From the NCBI GenBank assembly GCA_963675745.2, contig CAXXWX010000026.1:704001-768000 (forward strand): 64,000 nucleotides of DNA, in the 5' to 3' direction. The position numbers were made by a program, and so were the translations under genes. Positions within the stretch are counted from its first letter, which is position 1. Every line of letters starts with the position of its first letter. Below are positions 1-10,464 of the stretch, in pieces. This DNA is from Phycisphaerae bacterium. Its GTDB lineage: Bacteria; Planctomycetota; Phycisphaerae; UBA1845; Fen-1342. The notes beneath the pieces were generated by a model. That model searched no databases and was not told the origin of the DNA. It worked only from the letters and a program-made list of their open reading frames with translations.

Positions 1-820
1 CATCCACGCGCGCTATCACCTTCAGCGCTGAAATATCGGCGATCTGGAGCAGCGTGGTACCACCCGTGAACGTGGCCGTCGCCGATTGGATGACCGTGCC
101 CGGCGTGACGAAGACGTTCGTTACGATGCCGCCCTGACTGGCAATGACGCTGGTTTCGGAGAGGCGCTCCTGCGCGTCGCCCAGGTTCTTCTCGGCGACC
201 CGGACGTTGGCCTCGTTGATGATCACCTGCTGCCTGGCATTGTCGATCGCGAGCTTGGCCGAGGCGATGTTGGTTTCGGCAATCCCGATCTGGGCCTGGG
301 TCATGCGATGCCGCGCCTCGGCGTCATTCAACTGCTGCGGGCTGCCGAGGTTCTTGGCGAACAGCTCACGCTGATGCTTCACCTCGTATTCAGTGATCAT
401 CGCCTGGGCCTTGAGGTCTTCGAGACGCCCGTTGCTGACCTCCACGTTGCGTTGGGCTTCCTCGACGGCGATCTTCGCCTGCGCCAGCAGTGCCTGGGAG
501 CGAGCCACGTCGGCCTCGGCCCGCTCGACGCTACGGCGTTCGTCATCCTGCTTGATCACCACCAGCGTGTCGCCCGCGCGCACAAAGTCACCCTCGCGCA
601 CGCGCACTTCGAGTACCTCACCAGAGGCCTCAGATTTCACGTCGGTGTGTTGCCGCGGCTGGATCAGGCCCGACGCGGAGATCGGCACGCGGATGTCGCC
701 GCGTTCGATCTTGGCGAATTTCGGCTGAAGCCAGATGGGAACGTAGCGCATCTCGCGGGCCACCAGGTAGATTCCCACGATGACAACGACACCGAACAGG
801 AGGGCCAGCCACTTCTTCAT
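1..820 (-). CDS. Efflux RND/ABC transporter periplasmic adaptor subunit (HlyD/MacA family), 3' end beyond window
   Basis: Manual translation from ATG at 820: MKKWLALLFGVVVIVGIYLV (membrane anchor), then IERGDIRVPISASGLIQP..DVKSEASGEVLEVRVREGDFVRAGD (lipoyl half-motif) and a coiled-coil hairpin. Not in the ORF track because it runs off the edge. Confidence 0.85.
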   Translation of the reverse strand, partial: MKKWLALLFGVVVIVGIYLVAREMRYVPIWLQPKFAKIERGDIRVPISASGLIQPRQHTDVKSEASGEVLEVRVREGDFVRAGDTLVVIKQDDERRSVERAEADVARSQALLAQAKIAVEEAQRNVEVSNGRLEDLKAQAMITEYEVKHQRELFAKNLGSPQQLNDAEARHRMTQAQIGIAETNIASAKLAIDNARQQVIINEANVRVAEKNLGDAQERLSETSVIASQGGIVTNVFVTPGTVIQSATATFTGGTTLLQIADISALKVIARVD

Positions 821-918
821 CAGGTGCCACCTTCTTCCCGGATTGCGTTGCGACGAGGTCTCACCGCCATATTCGCCGGTCATCCTCGTTTATTGCGTGC
901 CGACCCTGCGTCGTGAGC

Positions 919-2025
919 CTATGGCTTGAACGGCGTATACGGCATGTCAAAAGCCTCAGCCACCGGCTTGTACGTGACCTTTCCGTGGATCACGTTCACA
1001 CCAAGTGCCAGACCAGGGTCCTGTTCGGCGGCCTGCTTGTAGCCGAGACTCGCGAGTTTCCGCAGATATTGCAGGGTGGCGTTGGTCAGACCGAAGGTAC
1101 TTGTTCTACCGACAGCGCCGGGCATGTTGGCCACGCCATAGTGAACCACGCCGTCCACGACGTAAGTCGGATCATGATGAGTGGTGGGCCGGGTGGTCTC
1201 GCAGCAGCCGCCCTGATCCACACCCACGTCCACGATCACGGCGCCGTGCTGCATCAGCGAGAGGTAGTTCCGCGGAATCAGCATCGGGCAAACGGCGCCG
1301 GGAATCAGAACGGCGCCGATCACCAGATCGGCCTCTGACAGATGGCGGCGAATGGACTCGGGGGTGCTGTAGACGGTCATGACGTTCTCCGGCATGACCT
1401 CGTCGAGATAGCGCAACCGGTACAGGTCGATATCGAGGATGGTGACGTTGGCTCCGAGGCCGGCGGCGAGGCGCGCGGCACAGGTGCCGACGATGCCGCC
1501 GCCGAGCACCAGGACATTCGCCGGCTCAACGCCGGGGATGCCACCCAGCAAAATCCCGCGGCCCATCATCGGTTTCTCGAGGTACTTCGCGCCTTCCTGC
1601 ACACTCATCTTGCCGGCCACTTCACTCATCGGTGCCAAAAGCGGCAGGCGCCCGTGCGCGTCTTCGATCGTCTCGTAGGCAATGGTCACGGCGCCGCTTT
1701 TGAGCATGCCCTCCGTCAGCTCTCGACTGGCGGCGTAGTGAAAATAGGTGAACACCGTGTGGTGCTCTTTGATCATCGCGATCTCAGCCGGCTGTGGCTC
1801 CTTGACCTTGCAGATGAGCTCGGCCTGGCCGAACACCTCCTCGGCAGTGTCCACAATCTGCGCACCGTATGCCTGATAATCCTCATCCGATAAGCCCGAT
1901 CCGAGCCCCGCCCCGCGCTGAATCAGGATCGTGTGCCCATCGCGCTTGAGCTGCTCGACACCCGCCGGAACTACCGCCACCCGATATTCATCCGGCTTAA
2001 CTTCCGTGGGAACTCCGACGATCAT
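919..2025 (-). CDS. ald: Alanine dehydrogenase
   Basis: MIVGVPTEVKPDEYRV start, KVKEP, LLAPMSEVAG, GGGIVG Rossmann motif, DQGGCCET, YGVANMPGAV. AGGAG precedes the ATG at 2025. Confidence 0.96.
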   Translation of the reverse strand: MIVGVPTEVKPDEYRVAVVPAGVEQLKRDGHTILIQRGAGLGSGLSDEDYQAYGAQIVDTAEEVFGQAELICKVKEPQPAEIAMIKEHHTVFTYFHYAASRELTEGMLKSGAVTIAYETIEDAHGRLPLLAPMSEVAGKMSVQEGAKYLEKPMMGRGILLGGIPGVEPANVLVLGGGIVGTCAARLAAGLGANVTILDIDLYRLRYLDEVMPENVMTVYSTPESIRRHLSEADLVIGAVLIPGAVCPMLIPRNYLSLMQHGAVIVDVGVDQGGCCETTRPTTHHDPTYVVDGVVHYGVANMPGAVGRTSTFGLTNATLQYLRKLASLGYKQAAEQDPGLALGVNVIHGKVTYKPVAEAFDMPYTPFKP

Positions 2026-2057
2026 GCGGATACTCCTGAACCTGCCTGAGTTGGTCG

Positions 2058-2705
2058 ATGAAAGTGCCAGCACCCTCGCTCGTGAGTGGTGCGTGTCGGG
2101 TGAGGTTACGGCTGGTGAGCCCGTTTTGCAAGCGACCGGCGGGGGGAGCAGGTAATGGTGGACTGGTCGGCGCCGGCCCCCCACCAAGGCGCACCGTAAT
2201 CTCAATGCTGGTTGGTATCAGCCTCGTGCTGGCATCGGACGGGGGCTGCCTCTGGTCCGGCGGCGGCCGGGTGGTCTCCCTGCGCCAGCTCGAATCCGCC
2301 CCACTGACACTTCCCGGGCAAACCAGACGGATCGTGCTCGCCGACGCCCAGGCTCTCGACGGTGCCTACCACGCCCTGACGCCGCGCCTGGGGATTCTGG
2401 TCGTGCGCGACGCGGCCACCTGGCAGCGCCTGGCGCGTCAGATGCCCAACCCCGGACCACAGCCCGACCTGAGCACGGGGGCCGTGGTGGGCGTGGTTAG
2501 CCGGGCGGGTCTGCCACTGGACGGATGCTGGCCGGTCTCCCTCGACGCCATCCAGGTTCATGGGGGCGCTGGTCTCGTGTCCGCGTCGTTTCGCGGCGGC
2601 ACATATCTACCGGACGGCACGCTCTACGCCGAAACCGCCTACGTGAACGATCTGGATGCCGTCCTGGTCGTGTCCGTAAACGGCCTGCGCTACTTCCCGG
2701 AATAG
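2058..2705 (+). CDS. Hypothetical exported protein (weak resemblance to PrcB C-terminal domain); start may be 2205
   Basis: Hydrophobic segment MLVGISLVLAS then W..L...P.PDL...VVGVV pattern; fills the gap between ald and uvrA. Confidence 0.5.
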   Translation: MKVPAPSLVSGACRVRLRLVSPFCKRPAGGAGNGGLVGAGPPPRRTVISMLVGISLVLASDGGCLWSGGGRVVSLRQLESAPLTLPGQTRRIVLADAQALDGAYHALTPRLGILVVRDAATWQRLARQMPNPGPQPDLSTGAVVGVVSRAGLPLDGCWPVSLDAIQVHGGAGLVSASFRGGTYLPDGTLYAETAYVNDLDAVLVVSVNGLRYFPE

Positions 2706-2745
2706 CCTGACCGCGAAACACGGGCGGCCGGCAAGCTTGCCAACC

Positions 2746-2761
2746 AATGAACATGTTCATT
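2746..2761. promoter_or_regulatory. Perfect 16-bp palindrome AATGAACATGTTCATT upstream of uvrA (candidate operator)
   Basis: Read directly; AT-rich dyad about 150 bp upstream of the uvrA start. Confidence 0.45.
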
Positions 2762-2910
2762 CGACGCTATTTGCTCCGGCGTAGACGTCTATTGTTGAAA
2801 TTTGTGACCGTGCGCGGTTGCGCGACTTCAAACACCTGCCCTTCGCATGCTACACTTGGCGATTCGCTAACGCCTGTACTACATGACCACCGCACTAGCA
2901 GAGGCCGCAG

Positions 2911-5763
2911 GTGGAACCGAAGCTCATTCGCGTCATTGGCGCACGCCAGCACAATCTACGCAATATCAGCGTGGACATGCCACGCGACAGCCTCGTTGTA
3001 GTCACCGGGCTGAGCGGGTCGGGCAAGAGCAGCCTGGCGTTCGACACCATCTACGCCGAGGGCCAGCGTAAGTACGTCGAGTCATTGAGCGTACACGCGC
3101 GCCATTTCCTCGAACAGGTTGGCAAGCCCGATGTTGATCGAATCGAGGGGCTACCGCCGACGCTCGCCATCGAGCAACGGGCGGTCGCCGTCAATCCGCG
3201 CTCAACCGTGGCCACGACCACCGAAATCTACGACTTCCTCCGCCTGCTATTCGCGCGCGTCGGCGTGCCCCACTGTCCCAAGACCGGCGAGCCGCTGATC
3301 CGCCGTACGGTTGACCAGATCGTCGATGAAGTGCTGGGTTATGCCCCCGACTCGCGCGTGATGGTGTTGGCTCCGCTGGCGCGGCGCCATCGCGGCGACC
3401 ATCGCCCGGTCGTTCGACGGATTCAGCGGGAGGGGTTCGTTCGCGCCCGCGTAAACGGCGATCTGATCGAAGTGAAAGAGCTGCTCGAGCTCCCGACGAC
3501 CAAGAAGGTGGACATAGACGTCGTGGTGGACCGGCTGGTGCTGCGTCCCGAAGTCCGCCACCGGCTCGCCGACGCCATCGAGCTTTCGCTGTCGCTCGCC
3601 GAGGGCATGGTCGTCGTGAGCCGCTCAAACGGCACGGCGGGGTCCGGGAACGATAACGGCTGGACCGATGAGACCTTCAGCGAACACTACATCAGCAGCG
3701 CATCGGGCTTCTCAATCGCAGGGCTGACACCCCAGATGTTCAGCTTTAACTCTCCGCACGGCGCCTGTGATGTGTGCGGCGGGTTGGGAACCACGCTGCA
3801 CTTCGACCCGGAGTTGGTCGTCCCGGATGAGGGCCTGTCGCTGGCGGCCGGCGCGATCGCCGCCTGGGGGGCGTTGAAGACCGCCGGGCGCAAGAGCACA
3901 GCGAAGTCACAGGTCGCGGCGGGGATGGCCAAGGCCCTGCGCACACTGTGCGACGCCTTCGAAGCCAAGCTGGAGACTCCGTTTGCAAAGCTGCCCGAAG
4001 ATCTGCGCCGCGTGGTGCTGCACGGCACCAGCGCGAAAGACGCCAAGCAACTGGGCATCGAATTCGAGGGCGTGCTGCCCAATCTGGAACGGCGTCGCCG
4101 GGCCGCCGGCAGCGACTCGGGGCGGAGTCGGCTGAGCAACTACCAGACGGCGCGGGTCTGCAAATCGTGCCACGGCGCCCGGCTGAAACCCGCCTCGCTG
4201 GCCGTGCGCGTCCATGACCATGCCATCCACGATATCACCCGGATGTCGATCGCGGCGGGTACCAAGTTCTTCGACGATTTCAAGCTGGAAGGCGAAGCCG
4301 CCCAGATCGCCGAACCGATCCTGCGTGAGGTGCGCCAGCGGCTGCACTTCATGAACGACGTCGGCCTGGGCTATCTCACGCTCGATCGAACCAGCGCGAC
4401 ACTATCCGGCGGCGAGGCGCAACGGATTCGCCTGGCAACGCAACTTGGCAGCCGACTCGTGGGGGTCTGTTACGTACTCGACGAGCCCACCATCGGCCTG
4501 CACCAGCGCGACAACGAGAGGCTGCTTAGGTCGATCCGCACGCTCGTGGAGCTCGGCAACACCGCGATCGTTGTCGAGCATGATGAAGACGTGATCCGCG
4601 CCGCCGACCATCTCATCGATATGGGGCCGGGCGCGGGACTGCACGGCGGCAAGGTCATCGCGCGCGGGCCGGCCAAGGAGGCGCTGGCCGATCCCGCCTC
4701 GATCACGGGGCGCTACCTGCGTGGCGAATACGTGATCGACCTGCCCGAACAGCGGCGTGAGGTCCGCAAGTCGGACCTGCTCCAGATCATCGGCGCGGCC
4801 GAGAACAACCTGCGCAAAGTGGATGTCAGCATCCCGCTGGGGGTCTTCTGCGCGATCACGGGCGTCAGCGGAAGTGGCAAGAGCACGCTGATCTCGCAAA
4901 TCCTGCTGCCGGCGTTGCGCCGACGCATGCACAACGCCGCCGAACAACCCGGCGCTCACGATCGCCTGGTCGGGGCGCACCGAATTGACAAGGTTGTTGA
5001 GGTCGATCAGACACCCATCGGCCGCACGCCGCGCAGCAATCCCGCGACGTATACGGGCGTGTTTGACGAAATCCGCCGTCTGTACGCCAAGACCAAAGAA
5101 GCCCGCATCCGTGGGTACGGTGCCAGCCGATTCAGCTTCAATGCGAAGGGCGGGCGTTGCGAGGCGTGTCAGGGGCAGGGTGTACGGCGGATCGAGATGC
5201 ACTTCCTGCCTGACGTATTCGTCGAGTGCCAGGAGTGTCGCGGTACGCGCTACAACCGCGAAACGCTCGAAGTGCGTTATCGCGGCAAGTCGATCGCTGA
5301 TGTGCTGCACATGCGCGTTGAGGAGGCATTGCGGTTCTTCGACAGCTTCGCGAAGGTCAAGCAGGGGCTCCAGGCGTTGTCAGACGTCGGGCTGGGTTAC
5401 ATCCGCCTGGGCCAGCCGTCGAACACGCTTTCGGGTGGTGAGGCCCAGCGCGTCAAGCTCGCCGCCGAGCTGGGACACCCGTCGTCGGGCCACACGCTAT
5501 ACGTGCTCGACGAGCCCACCAGCGGTCTGCACTTCGCCGACATCCAGCAACTGCTCAGCGTGCTGAACCGCCTGGTTGACCGTCACAACACGGTGCTGGT
5601 GATCGAGCACAATCTGGACGTGGTCAAAACGGCCGACTGGATAATCGACCTCGGCCCCGAAGGCGGCGACGCCGGCGGCGACGTCGTGTGCGCCGGGACA
5701 CCCGAAGCAATCGCGGCATGCAAAGCCAGCCACACGGGACGTTACTTGAAGGCAAAACTCTAA
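2911..5763 (+). CDS. uvrA: Excinuclease ABC subunit A
   Basis: GARQHNL, GLSGSGKSSLAFDTIYAEGQR, two LSGGEAQR signatures, GVSGSGKSTL, GRTPRSNPATYTG, CxxC zinc fingers; 950 aa. Confidence 0.98.
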   Translation: MEPKLIRVIGARQHNLRNISVDMPRDSLVVVTGLSGSGKSSLAFDTIYAEGQRKYVESLSVHARHFLEQVGKPDVDRIEGLPPTLAIEQRAVAVNPRSTVATTTEIYDFLRLLFARVGVPHCPKTGEPLIRRTVDQIVDEVLGYAPDSRVMVLAPLARRHRGDHRPVVRRIQREGFVRARVNGDLIEVKELLELPTTKKVDIDVVVDRLVLRPEVRHRLADAIELSLSLAEGMVVVSRSNGTAGSGNDNGWTDETFSEHYISSASGFSIAGLTPQMFSFNSPHGACDVCGGLGTTLHFDPELVVPDEGLSLAAGAIAAWGALKTAGRKSTAKSQVAAGMAKALRTLCDAFEAKLETPFAKLPEDLRRVVLHGTSAKDAKQLGIEFEGVLPNLERRRRAAGSDSGRSRLSNYQTARVCKSCHGARLKPASLAVRVHDHAIHDITRMSIAAGTKFFDDFKLEGEAAQIAEPILREVRQRLHFMNDVGLGYLTLDRTSATLSGGEAQRIRLATQLGSRLVGVCYVLDEPTIGLHQRDNERLLRSIRTLVELGNTAIVVEHDEDVIRAADHLIDMGPGAGLHGGKVIARGPAKEALADPASITGRYLRGEYVIDLPEQRREVRKSDLLQIIGAAENNLRKVDVSIPLGVFCAITGVSGSGKSTLISQILLPALRRRMHNAAEQPGAHDRLVGAHRIDKVVEVDQTPIGRTPRSNPATYTGVFDEIRRLYAKTKEARIRGYGASRFSFNAKGGRCEACQGQGVRRIEMHFLPDVFVECQECRGTRYNRETLEVRYRGKSIADVLHMRVEEALRFFDSFAKVKQGLQALSDVGLGYIRLGQPSNTLSGGEAQRVKLAAELGHPSSGHTLYVLDEPTSGLHFADIQQLLSVLNRLVDRHNTVLVIEHNLDVVKTADWIIDLGPEGGDAGGDVVCAGTPEAIAACKASHTGRYLKAKL

Positions 5764-5907
5764 CGCGGTTTCAACAACAGTCCGTTGCCCATACGCGGGT
5801 GGGGCGGGCGTCCCGCCCGCCTATGTACTGCTCTCCTCGAAGTCGGGCGAGACGCCCGACCCACCCCTATAGTGTGAGCCACCGCGTCATTACTGAAACC
5901 CCTCTGG
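5760..5907 (+). mobile_element. 148-bp MITE-like element with internal REP doublet, copy 1
   Basis: About 92% identical (12 mismatches counted by eye) to the reverse complement of 24946-25093; degenerate terminal inverted repeats ctaacgcggtttca / tgaaacccctctgg. Confidence 0.8.
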
Positions 5908-6006
5908 CCGCAGGCGCCGGACGTCGGACACCGGAAACGCCGCCTTGCCCAACGGCCTGCGGGCATGCCCTACCGCGTTCCAGTTCCTGCCTTACCGCAG
6001 TCCCGC

Positions 6007-6540
6007 TCAGTTTGTGCTTGCCACGCCTCCGGCGCGCGCCGCGGTCTGAATCTGCCGAGCCAACGCCGCCGTATCGTACGTAAGCTGCGCCGGTACGTGC
6101 AGAATCGGGAGCTTCGCCGCCTTGAATACCTGATCGACGAACTCATCGCGCGCCTGACGGTCGCGTTGGGTGTGCGAGGCGTCGTCCAACTCGATGACGA
6201 GCACGGGCCCGAGTGCCTCCGCATCACAGAGCACGAAGTCAACATGTTTGCTCATGACCTTGTTACGCCATTTCTGCGGCGAGTCGGTCCCCTTGGGGAG
6301 CCAGACCAGGTCGAGCACGCGGACCTTCGCGCAAACCTGCCAGTGTCCACTGACGGCCTGTCGCAAGACGCCGTAGAACGAGCGCTCCGCCTTGCTCAGC
6401 AGGTAGTCCTTCTTTCGATAGGGTAAATCGGCGGACACGGCACGTTCCGGCGGGTTGTTCAACACCCCCGCCACATGCTTCAAAGCCACAATCACGCCCA
6501 GTACCAGCAGTAGCCCAATCGCCAGGTATGCGAATTGCAT
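6007..6540 (-). CDS. DUF2726 domain membrane-anchored protein (PD-(D/E)xK-like)
   Basis: N-terminal TM, LLSKAERSFY, KVRVLDL, KHVDFVLCD, VIELDDASH, RDEFVD: typical DUF2726 motifs. Confidence 0.88.
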   Translation of the reverse strand: MQFAYLAIGLLLVLGVIVALKHVAGVLNNPPERAVSADLPYRKKDYLLSKAERSFYGVLRQAVSGHWQVCAKVRVLDLVWLPKGTDSPQKWRNKVMSKHVDFVLCDAEALGPVLVIELDDASHTQRDRQARDEFVDQVFKAAKLPILHVPAQLTYDTAALARQIQTAARAGGVASTN

Positions 6541-6667
6541 TCGGAGATCCTCCCCAAGTTGGGTGCGCCTTGTCTGACGCGGCGCAGGAAGATACTACTT
6601 CGGCCCTGATTGGACAAGGTGCCCGCGCTTTGGGTGTGCAACAATACCGCTATCAATTAGGCCGGAG

Positions 6668-7753
6668 TCACTCCCACGGCGGCCGGGTGGGTTGGAGATT
6701 GCTGCGGTAGCGGGCGTAGGGCCATTTTGTGCGACCGTCGCCGCCGCGGGTGATCTGGTCGCGCAGATCGTCGTTGATCGCGAAGATAAACGCGCCGGGC
6801 GTTGGATAGGTGTCGAATTGAAAAGTCCGGCCACGAAAACCGTCGCCGGCCCAGTTTGAGTCAATGAGATCGGACGGTGTGACCGCGTGCATGGCGACGC
6901 CGTCCGCGTCGTGCTCGACTTTCACCGTCCGCGCCGACCCATCACAGAACACGACGTTGTCCTTCAGGAGTTGGCGGTGCCAGCCGAGCACGTCAACCGT
7001 CTCCACTTCGCCGGCCTGCTGATCCGAACCGATCATGTTAAAGAACGTCGGCTCACCGAACAGACACACGCGCGCCGTGTTCACCAGATCTGAGATCTTG
7101 TGCCCCCAGGGGCCGACAGTGAACGCGGCGTGGAAATTTGTGCCGGTTGCGATGCCCGACATGGCCAGGCTGGCGCGGTAGCTGTTACCCAGCGTCTTCC
7201 AGCACTTGCGCTTGGCGTTGGCTATCGGCGAATCGTCGATTTCCGGGTCGTCGGGATAGCCGCGGTCGCCGGGGCACTGAAACATCTTGAGATTGTGTTC
7301 GTAGCGATCTTCTTCGGGGTCTTCGCTGAGATTGGGATACAAGTACTTGTTCAGCGGCCGCGTTTGCGCACCCCAATAGCGTGTCCGCCCCTGGCCCAGC
7401 AACGGACCAGATCCCTCGACACAATAAAACGTGTCGGTGGCGGTCGCGCCGCCGAATACAAACCAATTCGCCGTGCGGTAGCCCCACTTGGTACCGGCGA
7501 AGTCGCCGCCAAACAGGCCAATGTTTAGAACCTGCATCTGGTGAATGGGCATGAGCAGCTCGACCGAATCTTCGTTGGCATACTCCTGCGTACCGAGGCC
7601 GATACTCCTCAGATTCGACAGGCAGACGGCCTTTTTGCCCTGCTCGCGCGCCGACGAGAGACTTGGCAGAAGGATGGATATCAGCAGCGCGATAATGGCG
7701 ACGACCACCAGAAGTTCGATCAGGGTGAACGCGCCAGTGTGCCGGCGGTACAT
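6668..7753 (-). CDS. Prepilin-type N-terminal cleavage/methylation protein (DUF1559-like)
   Basis: AFTLIELLVVVAIIALLISILLPSL..ARE....C.SNL, FQCPGD, C-terminal H...NVVFCDGS. Confidence 0.92.
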   Translation of the reverse strand: MYRRHTGAFTLIELLVVVAIIALLISILLPSLSSAREQGKKAVCLSNLRSIGLGTQEYANEDSVELLMPIHQMQVLNIGLFGGDFAGTKWGYRTANWFVFGGATATDTFYCVEGSGPLLGQGRTRYWGAQTRPLNKYLYPNLSEDPEEDRYEHNLKMFQCPGDRGYPDDPEIDDSPIANAKRKCWKTLGNSYRASLAMSGIATGTNFHAAFTVGPWGHKISDLVNTARVCLFGEPTFFNMIGSDQQAGEVETVDVLGWHRQLLKDNVVFCDGSARTVKVEHDADGVAMHAVTPSDLIDSNWAGDGFRGRTFQFDTYPTPGAFIFAINDDLRDQITRGGDGRTKWPYARYRSNLQPTRPPWE

Positions 7754-7848
7754 GTGTGGCTCCTGTGCCTGCCTGCGGACCATGCAACCATGCCTGTCCA
7801 CACGTTAGCGTAATCGCGCGTGCGAAGCCACGGAATTCACGCCGGACG

Positions 7849-8346
7849 CTAGGCAAACTTGGGCTTCAAGCCCAGGGCTTTGCGCACAACGGTGAGTTGG
7901 CCGGTGTGCATGCCAATGTGCCAAGCGTTGGCGCCGAGCAGGGCCGCGCGCGTGGCGCCGAAGTCCTTCAGGTCATCGGGTACGGGGGCGGCGAGCTGCT
8001 CGTCAGACAGGCCTTCGTACCACGCAACCATCTCATCATGGACCTTGTCAAACGCCGCTTTCACCTCGCGCAACGTGGGATAATCGGCGGTGTTCGAGGT
8101 GGGTGCCGTCTTCCACGCAAACAGCCCGGTCCACGACTCCGGCAACGTCGCATCCTTGCCCGCGAGCTGCGCGCCGATCATGTCGCAGCTCCAGGCCAGA
8201 TGCCCGACGATCCAGACGGCGTGATTGCCGTTTGCGACAGGCTGCGCGCAGCGCTGATCCTCGCTGATGTCCTCGAGCAGATTCGTCAGGATACCTCTGG
8301 CCATGTTGAATGCGGCCATGCCCGTCTCGACTGTTGGATTCGACAT
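7849..8346 (-). CDS. DinB family protein
   Basis: NHAVWIVGHL and HIGMHTGQL histidine motifs; 165 aa helical protein. Confidence 0.88.
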   Translation of the reverse strand: MSNPTVETGMAAFNMARGILTNLLEDISEDQRCAQPVANGNHAVWIVGHLAWSCDMIGAQLAGKDATLPESWTGLFAWKTAPTSNTADYPTLREVKAAFDKVHDEMVAWYEGLSDEQLAAPVPDDLKDFGATRAALLGANAWHIGMHTGQLTVVRKALGLKPKFA

Positions 8347-8415
8347 TGTGATAGTCTCCGTTTCTGTGCCCGTATACTCGCGCCTCGGCGGACGACGCCC
8401 GCCCAGGCGCGCTAG

Positions 8416-10464
8416 TTACCCGGTTGCCACTTGATTTCCACCCGCCTGTGTCACATGCCATGCGCGCAGTGTCTCGGCCACCGTCCAGGCCTGGGCGATC
8501 GCACCGTTGGCAACATGCGGCGCGTCGCCGTCGAACACTTCGCTCAGTGAGCCGATACCGTGTCTGGCAATCTGGCTGAGCAGCGGTTTCAGCAACGCCG
8601 CGGACCGTTGCCGATCGTGATTGACGCGGTAATCGGCGATTACAAACGGGCCGAGGAGCCAACCCCAGACCGTGCCGGTGTGGTAGGCCTCGTCACGCAT
8701 CGTCTGATCGCCGGAGTAAACGCCGTGATAGCCCGGCTCGTCGGCGGCGAGCGTGCGCAGCCCGCGCATCGTCAGCAGCTTGCGCTCGCACGCGGTGACC
8801 ACGCCGCGCTGTTGCTCGGCGGCCAGGGGCGAGTGCTCAAGCGCGACGGCGAAGATCTGGTTGGGTTGGATGCGCGCGTCATCGCCCATCGGTCCGTCGA
8901 TCACATCGTAGCACGCGTCACGGGCCGGGTTCCAGAACCGCTTGAACGCCGCCGCCGCCGCCTCGGCCATCGTCTCGTAGACCCGTTTCTCGCGGCCCAG
9001 CAGCGCCGCCCAGCGTGACAGGTTGCACAGCGCGTTGTACCACAGCGCGTTGACCTCGACCGGCTTGCCGGTGCGCGGCGTGATCACACGATCGCCGATC
9101 TTGGCATCCATCCACGTCAGGTTGATTCCCGCATGGCCGCAACAAATCAGCCCGTCGTCGGCCAGGTGGATGTTGTGTCGCGTGCCGTGGCGGTGCCACT
9201 CGATGATCTGTTCGGCGACCGGAAAGAGCTCTTCGAGCAGCGCCACGTCGTCGGTCGCGCGCAGGTATTGATCGATCGCCCACAGGTACCACAAGGTGGC
9301 GTCGGCCGTGTGATACTCGGGCGTGTCGCCGGCATCGGGGAAGCGGTTCGGTATCAGCCCGTCATGCACGTAGCGTGACCAGGTCAGCAGGATTTGCCGC
9401 GCGATATCCGCCTGTCCGGTCACCAGCGTGAGCCCCGGCAGCGCCACCATCGTGTCGCGGCCCCAGTCGCTGAACCAGGGATAGCCGGCAATCACGGTGT
9501 GGCCGTCGGGCGCGCTGTGCGCGGGGCGTTTGACGACGAACTGATGTGCCGCCAGCACAAGGTGCGCCAGAGATTCAGGCGCTGAGCGCGGCCAATCACC
9601 CGCGCTGGCCCGCCAGCATTTGAGCCGGTCGCGCGCGCGCCGCTCGCAACGATCAAGCGCGTCAGGTATTGAAAGCTCGGCATCGGACTCGGTAGCCGCC
9701 AGAAACGTCACGCTGTCGCCGGGGTTCAGAGTCAGGTGGCAACACCCGACACTCAGGTGGTCCTCGAGATGCCCGTAGCCGCGCTCGGCTTCAACCGGCA
9801 GGTAGAACTTGCGGTACCACGTATGGTCGGGCTCCCACTCGGGCGCACAGTCGGCGTCGCTCTCGCAGCGCACGTGGATGGGCACGGCGTCGTCATACGC
9901 GCGGATGATCATCCGCGGATCACGCACCTCCACGGCCATGCGCCAGTCATCAGGACGAGACAGCGCGTGATAGTCACGGTAGTTCACCAGCAGGCGCGCG
10001 GAGAATTCAATCGCCCGCGCATCTTCGGCCAGCGCGTACTGGACAAACGTGGCGTTATGACCGTGCTCCATCCACACGCGCTTGACCAGTTCGCAGTCAC
10101 CGATCAGATAGCGCCAGGTGGGGATTCCGCCGATAAGCTCGAACTGCTCGATCCACTCGCACCCGGCCGGCGATTCGACACCGGTGGTCCAGATGTTCGT
10201 GCAGAGTGGATAGGGTGCCCCGGCGACATGCACGGTCTCGTCCAGCTTGCTGACCAGGAGCGTGCGGCCCAACGGGGGATGCAACGCCGCCAGCAACAAG
10301 CCGTGGTAACGCCGGGTCAGCGCGCCGGCGATCGTGCCACAGGCAAACCCTCCCAGGCCGTTGGTTACCAGCCACTCACGACGGATGGCGTGCATCACAT
10401 CGCGGCATTTCTCGTGGGGAATTGAGATGCGCGGCAGGCGCGCCGGACCAACCATCAGCAGCAC
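8416..10464 (-). CDS. Glycogen debranching enzyme (amylo-alpha-1,6-glucosidase, GDE_N + GDE_C)
   Basis: [56 protein letters not shown]. Confidence 0.94.
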   Translation of the reverse strand: MLLMVGPARLPRISIPHEKCRDVMHAIRREWLVTNGLGGFACGTIAGALTRRYHGLLLAALHPPLGRTLLVSKLDETVHVAGAPYPLCTNIWTTGVESPAGCEWIEQFELIGGIPTWRYLIGDCELVKRVWMEHGHNATFVQYALAEDARAIEFSARLLVNYRDYHALSRPDDWRMAVEVRDPRMIIRAYDDAVPIHVRCESDADCAPEWEPDHTWYRKFYLPVEAERGYGHLEDHLSVGCCHLTLNPGDSVTFLAATESDAELSIPDALDRCERRARDRLKCWRASAGDWPRSAPESLAHLVLAAHQFVVKRPAHSAPDGHTVIAGYPWFSDWGRDTMVALPGLTLVTGQADIARQILLTWSRYVHDGLIPNRFPDAGDTPEYHTADATLWYLWAIDQYLRATDDVALLEELFPVAEQIIEWHRHGTRHNIHLADDGLICCGHAGINLTWMDAKIGDRVITPRTGKPVEVNALWYNALCNLSRWAALLGREKRVYETMAEAAAAAFKRFWNPARDACYDVIDGPMGDDARIQPNQIFAVALEHSPLAAEQQRGVVTACERKLLTMRGLRTLAADEPGYHGVYSGDQTMRDEAYHTGTVWGWLLGPFVIADYRVNHDRQRSAALLKPLLSQIARHGIGSLSEVFDGDAPHVANGAIAQAWTVAETLRAWHVTQAGGNQVATG

